NCBI GenBank assembly: GCA_027618475.1
Contig: JAQCEJ010000006.1
Span: 11,353 to 75,352 of the forward strand
Source: Planctomycetota bacterium
GTDB taxonomy: Bacteria > Planctomycetota > Planctomycetia > Planctomycetales > Planctomycetaceae
Length of the DNA: 64,000 nt
Direction of reading: 5' to 3'
The notes beneath the pieces are model-generated. The model worked only from the letters and a program-made list of their open reading frames with translations. It was not told where the DNA came from and did not search any database. Both the position numbers and the translations under genes were made by a program. This document shows positions 25,372 to 34,729 of this stretch, piece after piece. The first letter of the stretch is position 1. The number at the start of each line of letters is the position of its first letter.

Positions 25372-26346
25372 TCAGCCGAGTACGGTTCGACAAGCCGTCA
25401 ATACCGCATCGTGCAGCAAGCCGTTGGTGACAATCACGCCACGATTCGCACGCAATTCGTGTCCCAGACTGAAATCGAGGGGTTTGCCGGCGATGTCGGT
25501 CACCTTCCCTCCCGCTTCTTCGACGACCAGTACGCCACCGGCGTGATCCCAGATTTTCTCGACATAATCGGCTCGTGTAGGAAGGCGGAGATACATGTCG
25601 GCTTCGCCGCGCGCCACGACTGCGTATTTTGCCTGGCTGTCGAGTCGACGAGATTCTTTCGTAATACCCAACTGTTGCGCAATCATTGTGGCCTGATCGT
25701 GATCGCTGTGTCCCGATTCGACCGATTCGCACATTCGCGCCTGTTCGCCGTGAGACGTCTGACTAACGTGAATTGGCGTCGAGATCTCGCCTTTGAGTGC
25801 AAAGGCGCCTTGACCGCGCACGGCGTAAAACAAACCGCCGACGGAATCGGGATCGTCCACCGTCGGAAGATTCGGACATCCGAGGACCGCAACCTGAATG
25901 ACGCCGTCGACGATGAGCGCCAGCGAGACGGCGTATTGTTCTTTCCGCAAAAACCCCTTGGTGCCGTCGATGGGATCAAGCGTCCAGAAGCGTTGTGATG
26001 CGGGGCGGATTTTACCGCGATCGATCCAGGAGAGAACGTCGTCTGTCGATGCAGATCCCATAATTGACGTCACCTCGGCATGGACTTGCTGCATAAACGC
26101 GGCATTTGCCGGTTGACGGAGTTCGGCGGCATCTTCTTCGGCAATGATCTGGTCATCGGGAAGATATTTTGAAAGAGTGCGGCAGACAATGGCCTGACTG
26201 CTGAAATCGGCGACGGTGACAGGGCTCTTATCTTTCTTGTCGAGTTTTTCGGTTTCGATTTTCGACTGCACCGAACGACAAGCCAACATCGCCGCTGAAA
26301 CGGCGGGTATGGCGGTTTTTAATTCCTGAAGATAGTCTGCGGTCAT
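25372..26346 (-). CDS. 3'(2'),5'-bisphosphate nucleotidase (inositol monophosphatase superfamily, Hal2/CysQ-like)
   Basis: Motifs SPVTVADF, WTLDPIDGTKGFL and WDHAGG are typical of the IMPase/PAP phosphatase family. Confidence 0.8.
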   Translation of the reverse strand: MTADYLQELKTAIPAVSAAMLACRSVQSKIETEKLDKKDKSPVTVADFSSQAIVCRTLSKYLPDDQIIAEEDAAELRQPANAAFMQQVHAEVTSIMGSASTDDVLSWIDRGKIRPASQRFWTLDPIDGTKGFLRKEQYAVSLALIVDGVIQVAVLGCPNLPTVDDPDSVGGLFYAVRGQGAFALKGEISTPIHVSQTSHGEQARMCESVESGHSDHDQATMIAQQLGITKESRRLDSQAKYAVVARGEADMYLRLPTRADYVEKIWDHAGGVLVVEEAGGKVTDIAGKPLDFSLGHELRANRGVIVTNGLLHDAVLTACRTVLG

Positions 26347-26373
26347 GAGTCAACCTGTGAATTGTCTTTCGTT

Positions 26374-26481
26374 CTCATCCGGTCTGCTGTCAGTTTCTCC
26401 CCAAAGGAGAAGGATCTCAATTTCGAATAACACAAACGGCACGGGTGTGCAAGACGCCCGTGCCGTTTGTGTTCTGTTTTT
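26374..26481 (+). repeat. Two-hairpin + T-run element, copy 2 (copy 1 at 9989..10074)
   Basis: ctcatccggtctgctgtcagtttctccccaaaggagaaggatctcaatttcgaataacacaaac... aligns with 9989 onward. It contains the hairpin ttctcc-ccaaa-ggagaa, then a 15-17-bp hairpin and a T-run. Confidence 0.7.
26431..26481. terminator. Strong intrinsic-terminator-like hairpin (15-bp perfect stem) between two minus-strand genes
   Basis: cacaaacggcacggg (26431-26445) pairs with cccgtgccgtttgtg (26457-26471). ttctgttttt follows on the + strand and ttattcgaaatt follows on the - strand. It lies 10 nt downstream (minus sense) of the DUF3467 stop. Confidence 0.7.
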
Positions 26482-26490
26482 ACGCCGAGG

Positions 26491-26823
26491 TTACTGAGAC
26501 TTCATTCGTTTACGAATATCGGTCTCGAGTACGCCGAACGCTTGTTCGTGCCTTTGCAACGCCATCGACAGAGCGGCGAGGAGCCGCTTCGCGGTGAAGT
26601 GATTAAGAATAATGCGTTGTGAAACCTTCACGGTCGAACCGGCACTGAGGGGATTCGGATTCAGTCCCATATCGAGCACCAGTTCTTCCGGAGTGCTGGA
26701 CACGCGACAGAAATTGGCATAACAGGCCATCACGCTCGAATCGTCGACGTTCACTTGTTGTTGCGTCGGTGCCGGGACGTTGCCTTCCACCTGACCGTCT
26801 CGTTCGCTTTTCTCCGTAACCAT
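26491..26823 (-). CDS. DUF3467-domain protein
   Basis: 110-aa ORF. YANFCRVSSTPEELVLDMGL matches the DUF3467 core pattern as I recall it. Confidence 0.7.
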   Translation of the reverse strand: MVTEKSERDGQVEGNVPAPTQQQVNVDDSSVMACYANFCRVSSTPEELVLDMGLNPNPLSAGSTVKVSQRIILNHFTAKRLLAALSMALQRHEQAFGVLETDIRKRMKSQ

Positions 26824-27051
26824 TTTGTCTCCTTCGTGAATGTTGCATCCTCAAAATAGGGGAAGCGTAAACCGCGAACTCCGTCGTTATGTCTGTTCTC
26901 AGTTTGGCGGACATCGTTAAGTGTCCTCTGCGAACTATACAAGCAGTTCACCGTTTGATGCAATAACTGTTATTTCGGAGGTGCAGATTCTATGCTTTAA
27001 TGACTCGTCTAATTCGTCCATCTTTCCCGATCTAACACGATTTCCTCGAAA

Positions 27052-28638
27052 ATGAACGATTCAAGCACTTCCCCGAACAAACTCGTTCCTACTTTTCAGA
27101 CCAATGGAGTAACGCTTGACGAGAGTCCGTTCATTCGCATAGCCGGAATTTCCAAACAATTCGGCGGGGTGATGGCGTTATCCAATTTCTCTCTCGATAT
27201 CCAGCAGGGAGAATTTCATGCCCTCGTCGGCGAAAACGGAGCCGGCAAGAGCACATTGATGAAAATCCTTTCGGGTGTCATCACCGAGTACGACGGCGAA
27301 CTTTGGCTGCGCGATCAAACCGTCCGTTTTCGCAATACTCGCGAAGCAGAGCAGGCCGGCATCAGCATCATTCATCAGGAATTAAATCTGGTTAACGAAC
27401 TTTCTGTCGCCGCGAATATCTTCCTCGGTCGCGAGTTCAAAAACCGCATGGGCTGGCTCGATGATCGTCGTATGGAATACGAAGCGCAGGCGATTTTCAA
27501 TGAACTCGAATGTCACATTGATCCGAAGCGACCGGTTTACGAGCTGCGTGTCGGCGATCAGCAACTCGTTGAGATTGCCAAAGCTCTCTCCCTCAATGCT
27601 GAAATTCTCGTGATGGACGAACCGACGAGTGCGCTCACTTCATCCGAAGTCGACCGCCTGTTTCGGGTCGTTCACAAATTGCTTGCTCGCGGCGTGACGG
27701 TAATTTACATCTCGCATAAGCTCGACGAAGTGTTTCGGATGTCGCAGCGTATCACTATTCTGCGTGACGGTCAAAAAGTGGTCACGCTGACGACGCGGGA
27801 AACCACACTGCGCGAGGTGACTCATCACATGGTCGGTCGGCAGATCGAACAGCGGGAACAGATTGCCCGCCGCGAACGAGGGCCGGTGATCTTGAAGGTC
27901 GACAGGCTGTCGTTGCCCCATGCGATGTCAGGCCATCGCGACCTCTTACGAGAGATCAGCTTCGAACTGCACAGTGGCGAAGTGCTGGGGATCGCCGGAC
28001 TGATGGGTGCCGGACGCACCGAATTGCTCGAATCGCTGTTCGGGGCGACGTCCGAAGACCCGCAGGGAACCATCTCAATTGCCGGCAGACCGGTTACATT
28101 TCGGCATCCCGAAGAAGCCGTGCAGCAAGGATTGGCTCTCGTTCCCGAAGACCGCAAACGACAGGGATTGTTTTCGCATATGAATGTTCGCGAGAATATT
28201 TCACTTTGCTCTCTCGCTGAATTGGCAACCATTGGTGTCGTGCAACGTCATCGCGAAATGTCGCACGTCGACGACGCCATTGCGCTCCTCAGTGTCAAAA
28301 CGGGTAATCGCGAAGCCGCGATCACCAGCCTGAGCGGTGGCAATCAGCAAAAATGCATCATGGCCCGCTGGCTCGAAACCAGGCCGAGTGTGCTGCTGCT
28401 CGATGATCCGACACGCGGCGTTGATGTCGGCGCCAAGGCCGAATTATATCAAATCATCGATCGTCTCTGTGCCGAAGGGCTCGGAATCATCGTGACGTCG
28501 AGTGAACTTCCCGAACTAATTACGCTCTGCGATCGAATTCTCGTCCTCTGTGAAGGAGAGCTTACCGGTGAATTCTCGCGCGACGAATTCAGTGAACATG
28601 TCTTGATGGAAGCGGCGACGAGAAGAAACAGATCGTAA
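27052..28638 (+). CDS. Sugar-type ABC transporter ATP-binding protein with duplicated ATPase domains (RbsA/MglA-like)
   Basis: Walker A GENGAGKST. Signature-like text appears in both halves (LSGGNQQK in the second half), with Walker B ILVMDEP and LLLDDP. No permease or binding-protein gene is adjacent. Confidence 0.9.
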   Translation: MNDSSTSPNKLVPTFQTNGVTLDESPFIRIAGISKQFGGVMALSNFSLDIQQGEFHALVGENGAGKSTLMKILSGVITEYDGELWLRDQTVRFRNTREAEQAGISIIHQELNLVNELSVAANIFLGREFKNRMGWLDDRRMEYEAQAIFNELECHIDPKRPVYELRVGDQQLVEIAKALSLNAEILVMDEPTSALTSSEVDRLFRVVHKLLARGVTVIYISHKLDEVFRMSQRITILRDGQKVVTLTTRETTLREVTHHMVGRQIEQREQIARRERGPVILKVDRLSLPHAMSGHRDLLREISFELHSGEVLGIAGLMGAGRTELLESLFGATSEDPQGTISIAGRPVTFRHPEEAVQQGLALVPEDRKRQGLFSHMNVRENISLCSLAELATIGVVQRHREMSHVDDAIALLSVKTGNREAAITSLSGGNQQKCIMARWLETRPSVLLLDDPTRGVDVGAKAELYQIIDRLCAEGLGIIVTSSELPELITLCDRILVLCEGELTGEFSRDEFSEHVLMEAATRRNRS

Positions 28639-28656
28639 CGCCCTCCTTCCGAGAAT

Positions 28657-29892
28657 TCATTCGATGGTCGCCGGTTCGGCACGCATTACCTTGCCGATCT
28701 GCCGTACGGCCTGTCGGAGACGCTGTGAATTTTCGACGATCGCGAGACGGAGAAAACCTTCTCCCTCGTCCCCGAAGCCACGGCCTGGGCTGACAGCGAT
28801 GCCACCTTCATCGAGCAATTTCATCGCAAAGTCGATCGAACCCATTTTATCCCACGGTTCGGGGATTTTCGCCCAAACGAACATCCCTGCCTTTGGTTTT
28901 TCGATCTCCCAGCCTAGTCGGCTTAAGCCATCGCATAATACGTCACGGCGGCCTTGATATTCGGCCGCGACACTTTCGACGGCAGCGTCGCAATGACGCA
29001 TCGCCACGATCGCAGCAATCTGCACAGCCTGAAAGATGCCGTAATCGTAGTAACCTTTGATCGTTGCCAGTGCCCGGACCATTTCGTTGTTGCCGCAGCA
29101 AAACCCAACCCGCCAGCCTGCCATGCTGTAGCTTTTGCTCATCGTGGTAAATTCGACACCGACATCAAACGCACCGGGTGAGGCAAGAAAGCTCGGGGCT
29201 TTGTAGCCATCGTAGCAGATATCGGCGTATGCAAAATCGCTGATCACCAGGAAGTTGTACTTCTTTGCGAGGGCGACGAGGTCGTTGAAAAACTCCTGCT
29301 CGATCACTGTCGCCGAGGGGTTATGTGGAAAGTTAGCGATCACCAGTTTCGGTTTCGGATACAAATGCTGGCAGGTATATGCGATCCGAGAAAGAAACTG
29401 CTCGGGATTTCGAACATCAAGGGCGATCACGTTTCCCGATGCGAGCACGACCGAATAAACGTGAATCGGAAACGAGGGCGCGGGGACGATCGCCGTGTCG
29501 CCCGGCCCCATCAGCGCCAGGCACATATGGCTGAAACCCTCTTTCGAGCCGATGGTGGCGATAATTTCTTTGTTCGGCTCAAGTCGTACACCGTAGCGCT
29601 TCCAGTATCGAACAGCCACTTCCTTGCGTAGGTTTTCGATTCCATTCGCGACCGAGTATCGGTGATTGCGAGGATCTTTGATCGCCTCAGCCAGTTTCTC
29701 TGCGATCAAAGGGTCAGGAGCATCGGTCGGATTTCCCATTCCCAGATCGATGACGTCGATTCCGGCGACGCGTTTCTGATATTTGAGCTTGTTGATCTTG
29801 CCAAACAGATAGGGGGGCAGCCGTTTGATTCGTTCCGCGACCGGGATCGTAAAGGGATCGTCAGAAAATGGGATATCGGATTCGTTTCGCAT
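28657..29892 (-). CDS. Class I/II pyridoxal-phosphate-dependent aminotransferase
   Basis: ANFPHNPS, the PLP-lysine context [15 protein letters not shown], and N-terminal [11 protein letters not shown] chose the start at 29892. The longer ORF to 29979 adds non-protein-like Cys/Ser-rich text. Confidence 0.9.
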   Translation of the reverse strand: MRNESDIPFSDDPFTIPVAERIKRLPPYLFGKINKLKYQKRVAGIDVIDLGMGNPTDAPDPLIAEKLAEAIKDPRNHRYSVANGIENLRKEVAVRYWKRYGVRLEPNKEIIATIGSKEGFSHMCLALMGPGDTAIVPAPSFPIHVYSVVLASGNVIALDVRNPEQFLSRIAYTCQHLYPKPKLVIANFPHNPSATVIEQEFFNDLVALAKKYNFLVISDFAYADICYDGYKAPSFLASPGAFDVGVEFTTMSKSYSMAGWRVGFCCGNNEMVRALATIKGYYDYGIFQAVQIAAIVAMRHCDAAVESVAAEYQGRRDVLCDGLSRLGWEIEKPKAGMFVWAKIPEPWDKMGSIDFAMKLLDEGGIAVSPGRGFGDEGEGFLRLAIVENSQRLRQAVRQIGKVMRAEPATIE

Positions 29893-30144
29893 GGGGATAA
29901 CACAGTTGAGGGAATAGTCGGAACAGGAAGGTCTGGACGAAAACTTCACGCAGAAGCTGACACAACCGTTCGTCAGCATTAATGGTTATTGTAGCAATTG
30001 CCGCGATTCCGGATAGATATGTTGAGACGAACTCAGGGATGATCACGATTTTCAAGATCGCGGGTCTGTCAAAGGGGGTGAAATACCAGATCGCTACGCC
30101 GGCGGTCTCGCATTCCGTAGTCGAGCCCGGCCTCGTTTTATATA

Positions 30145-30164
30145 CTGACAATCGTTTGATTGTC
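30145..30164. promoter_or_regulatory. Palindrome TGACAATC-N4-GATTGTCA upstream of the PiT transporter gene (candidate operator)
   Basis: Perfect 8-bp arms lie at 30145-30152 and 30157-30164, about 60 nt upstream of the ATG at 30223. Confidence 0.3.
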
Positions 30165-30222
30165 ACATTGTCGTCGAATGGGTCGCCTGGTGTCGCATCG
30201 CCTCCTTTCTTCGGGGCCACTT

Positions 30223-31338
30223 ATGACCGTTGTCTTGCTGCTCGCCGTCTGTTTTCTTGCCTATTCAAATGGTGCCAATGATAACTTCAAGGGTGTCGCC
30301 TCTCTGTTTGGGAGCAGGACAACCAGCTATCGTGCGGCGATTGCCTGGGCGACGGTGACGACTTTTGCCGGGTCGGTCGCGGCGATTTTTCTCGCACAGA
30401 CGCTGCTGAAGAGATTTTCGGGAAAAGGGCTCGTGCCGGATGAACTTGTCGGCTCGGAGAATTTTCTGTTGTCGGTGGCTCTCGGTGCGGGATTTACGGT
30501 GATTCTTGCGACATACACCGGGTTTCCAATCTCGACCACTCATGCTCTCACCGGTGCGATGGTCGGCAGTGGCTGGGTCGCCGTCGGATCGAACGTGCAC
30601 TTCGTTGTTCTTGGGAAGGCGTTTTTTCTGCCATTGCTGGTCAGCCCTCTGGTGGCAATCGTACTGGGAGCCGGCCTATACCTCATATTTCGCTGGTTCC
30701 GCCTGCAATGCGTCATCACGAAGGAGTGGTGCATCTGCGTCGGCAAAACGCAGAACGTGGTGCCGATTCCTCAACCGTCATCGCTTATGGCGCTCCAGAC
30801 GGTTGCTCCTGTCATCGAAGCCCGAATCGATGTGCAGACACAATGCGATCAACGCTACGCCGGATATTTTCTGGGTGTGAATTGCCAGCAGATGATGGAC
30901 CTGTTCCATTTCCTCAGCGCGGGGATCGTCAGTTTTGCCCGCGGCTTAAACGACACTCCCAAAATTGCCGCCTTGCTGTTGGTGCTACCGGGCTTGGGCG
31001 TGCAGGGTGTGCTGCTTGCTATCGCTGTAGCGATTGCGATCGGGGGATTGCTGAGTGCCCGACGTGTCGCTGAAACGATGAGCCATAAGATCACAGGGAT
31101 GAACCACGGTCAGGGTTTTTCTGCGAATCTTGCCACAGGATTGTTAGTTACCGTTGCCAGTCTGTTCGGCATGCCGGTCTCGACGACTCATGTATCGGTC
31201 GGGTCGCTGCTGGGAATCGGAATCACCACACGCCAGGCCGATTTTCGCGTCATTCGCTACGTGTTGCTGTCATGGCTGTTGACGTTGCCTTGCGCAGCCA
31301 TTCTCGGTGGCGGCTTTTTCTGGTTGACGTCTCATTGA
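30223..31338 (+). CDS. Inorganic phosphate transporter, PiT family
   Basis: AYSNGANDNFKGVA near the N-terminus and a second PiT repeat (ARGLNDTPK, PVSTTHVSVGSLLG). I chose the start at 30223, in front of the first TM helix. Confidence 0.9.
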   Translation: MTVVLLLAVCFLAYSNGANDNFKGVASLFGSRTTSYRAAIAWATVTTFAGSVAAIFLAQTLLKRFSGKGLVPDELVGSENFLLSVALGAGFTVILATYTGFPISTTHALTGAMVGSGWVAVGSNVHFVVLGKAFFLPLLVSPLVAIVLGAGLYLIFRWFRLQCVITKEWCICVGKTQNVVPIPQPSSLMALQTVAPVIEARIDVQTQCDQRYAGYFLGVNCQQMMDLFHFLSAGIVSFARGLNDTPKIAALLLVLPGLGVQGVLLAIAVAIAIGGLLSARRVAETMSHKITGMNHGQGFSANLATGLLVTVASLFGMPVSTTHVSVGSLLGIGITTRQADFRVIRYVLLSWLLTLPCAAILGGGFFWLTSH

Positions 31339-31340
31339 TG

Positions 31341-32039
31341 CTATGCCAGATCGAACAACATGATTTCGGCGTCTGTTATCGCTTGAATGACGAGCGACGT
31401 CTCCTCGCTGACGGCGGCACCGTCGCTGGTTTCCAGCGTTTGGTTGTTGAGCATCACCGAGCCGCGTAGCACTTGCAGCCAGGCGTGTCGTCCCTCGGCG
31501 ATGGCATATTCGATCTGTTGGCTCGTATCGATGTTTGCCAGGAAAATGCGAACATCCTGATGAATCAGCAGCGACCCGTTGGCTGCGTCGCGCGAGGCGA
31601 CCAATTGCAGTTGGTTGTGTCGGACTAATTCGGCAAACCGTTTTTGTTCGTAACTGGGTTCGATCCCCTTTGTTTCAGGGAACAGCCAAATTTGATAGAG
31701 ATGCACCGGCTCGGTCGCCGAAGGGTTGAACTCGCTGTGCGTAATTCCCGTGCCGGCGGACATTCGCTGAAATTCGCCCGGCGTGAGGACTTCGCCGTTC
31801 CCCATCGAGTCCTTATGTTCGAGGGCTCCTTCCAGCACATACGTGACGATTTCCATATCGCGGTGCGGATGCGTGCCGAAACCTTGTCCTGGCGCGATGC
31901 GGTCTTCGTTCATCACGCGGAGCGAGCGAAACCGCACGTGCTCGGTATCCTGGTATGTGGAAAACGAAAACGTGTGATACGTATCGAGCCAGCCGTGATC
32001 GGCATGGCCTCGATCAGAGGATTTGCGGATTTGAATCAT
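31341..32039 (-). CDS. Pirin family protein
   Basis: RGHADHGWLDTYHTFSF, GFGTHPHRDMEIVTYVLEG and GDVQ-like cupin text. I chose the start at 32039 (MIQIRKSS). Confidence 0.9.
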   Translation of the reverse strand: MIQIRKSSDRGHADHGWLDTYHTFSFSTYQDTEHVRFRSLRVMNEDRIAPGQGFGTHPHRDMEIVTYVLEGALEHKDSMGNGEVLTPGEFQRMSAGTGITHSEFNPSATEPVHLYQIWLFPETKGIEPSYEQKRFAELVRHNQLQLVASRDAANGSLLIHQDVRIFLANIDTSQQIEYAIAEGRHAWLQVLRGSVMLNNQTLETSDGAAVSEETSLVIQAITDAEIMLFDLA

Positions 32040-32062
32040 TGGGAAACCTGCTGGAGAGCTTC

Positions 32063-32132
32063 GATGTGAGTTCATCCATGAGCATGGTTGCAGTGGAATC
32101 AAAGTCAACTATCGAAAAGATGAACTCACATC
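32063..32132. promoter_or_regulatory. 14-bp perfect inverted repeat pair in the pirin/TPR divergent intergenic region
   Basis: gatgtgagttcatc (32063-32076) pairs with gatgaactcacatc (32119-32132). A tataat hexamer follows directly at 32134-32139 on the + strand. Confidence 0.35.
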
Positions 32133-32213
32133 ATATAATAAGTTGCAGAGCAAATTGTAACTGCGAGTCAGTTGAAGTCTATTCCTGACTCACTTGGATA
32201 AGGAGCCCATGTT

Positions 32214-33893
<1,680 letters not shown>

Positions 33894-33898
33894 GTGTT

Positions 33899-34171
33899 GT
33901 GACAAAACAAGCGGAAACCACCGACGACATTTGGACCGTGTACATCCTGCGGTGCAAAGACGGCACGTTTTATACGGGTATCACCAAAGATATCACTCGA
34001 CGCTGTCGACAGCACAATGCCGGTATCGCCTCGCGTTACACGCGCAGCCGGTTGCCGGTCGAAGTCGTTTACCAGGAGTTGCAAATCGGTCGTGGCGTGG
34101 CGATCAAACGCGAACTGGCCGTCAAAGCCCTGTCACGAAAGCAGAAAGAAGAATTGATTCTCGTCGAGTGA
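33899..34171 (+). CDS. GIY-YIG nuclease-domain protein (small, UPF0213/YhbQ-like)
   Basis: WTVYILRCKDGTFYTGITKDITRRCRQHN is the GIY-YIG core. The only plausible start after the upstream stop is the GTG at 33899. The long ORF from 33629 overlaps the TPR gene in another frame. Confidence 0.8.
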   Translation: MTKQAETTDDIWTVYILRCKDGTFYTGITKDITRRCRQHNAGIASRYTRSRLPVEVVYQELQIGRGVAIKRELAVKALSRKQKEELILVE

Positions 34172-34177
34172 AACGGA

Positions 34178-34684
34178 TTAACAAACGGGTGGCGTTATCG
34201 AATACAATAACACTTCATTTCCCAGCCGTTCGAACGCCGACTCGAAGGTCATGCCCAGCTTTTCGGTGACGCGGCGCGAGGCGTGATTTCTCTTCTGTAC
34301 GGTGGCGATGATGCGGGGCATCTGCAATGTCGTCAGACCAAACGACAAGACATTTTTTGCCGCTTCTGTCGCCAGTCCACACCCCCAGTATTCCTTGGCC
34401 AGTCTCCACCCAATTTCGGGGACGCCCTCCGTCGGTACGTACCCACAGAAGCCGATCAACCGCTCGTCATCCTTGTGAATAACCCCCCATCGGCAATACC
34501 CGAGTTCGCGCACAAGGCGTCGCGCCGTGTCGATACAATCTTGTGTTTGTTCACTGGTCCAGGGGACTCCTTCGCGGACGAATCTCATCACCAATGGATC
34601 GGAACAGATCGCATGAAATGCCTCGAAATCGTCGTCGACAAATTCGCGAAATGAAAGTCGAGCGGTCTCCGGTGGAACAGGCAT
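34178..34684 (-). CDS. GNAT-family N-acetyltransferase (RimJ/RimL-like)
   Basis: 168-aa ORF. Text such as IGWRLAKEYWGCGLATEAAK..RNHASRRVTEKLGM is typical of GNAT motifs A and B. Confidence 0.85.
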   Translation of the reverse strand: MPVPPETARLSFREFVDDDFEAFHAICSDPLVMRFVREGVPWTSEQTQDCIDTARRLVRELGYCRWGVIHKDDERLIGFCGYVPTEGVPEIGWRLAKEYWGCGLATEAAKNVLSFGLTTLQMPRIIATVQKRNHASRRVTEKLGMTFESAFERLGNEVLLYSITPPVC

Positions 34685-34729
34685 AGGGCGAACTTTCTGC
34701 AGGCGGCGTTGATGAATCCTGTCGAGAGA

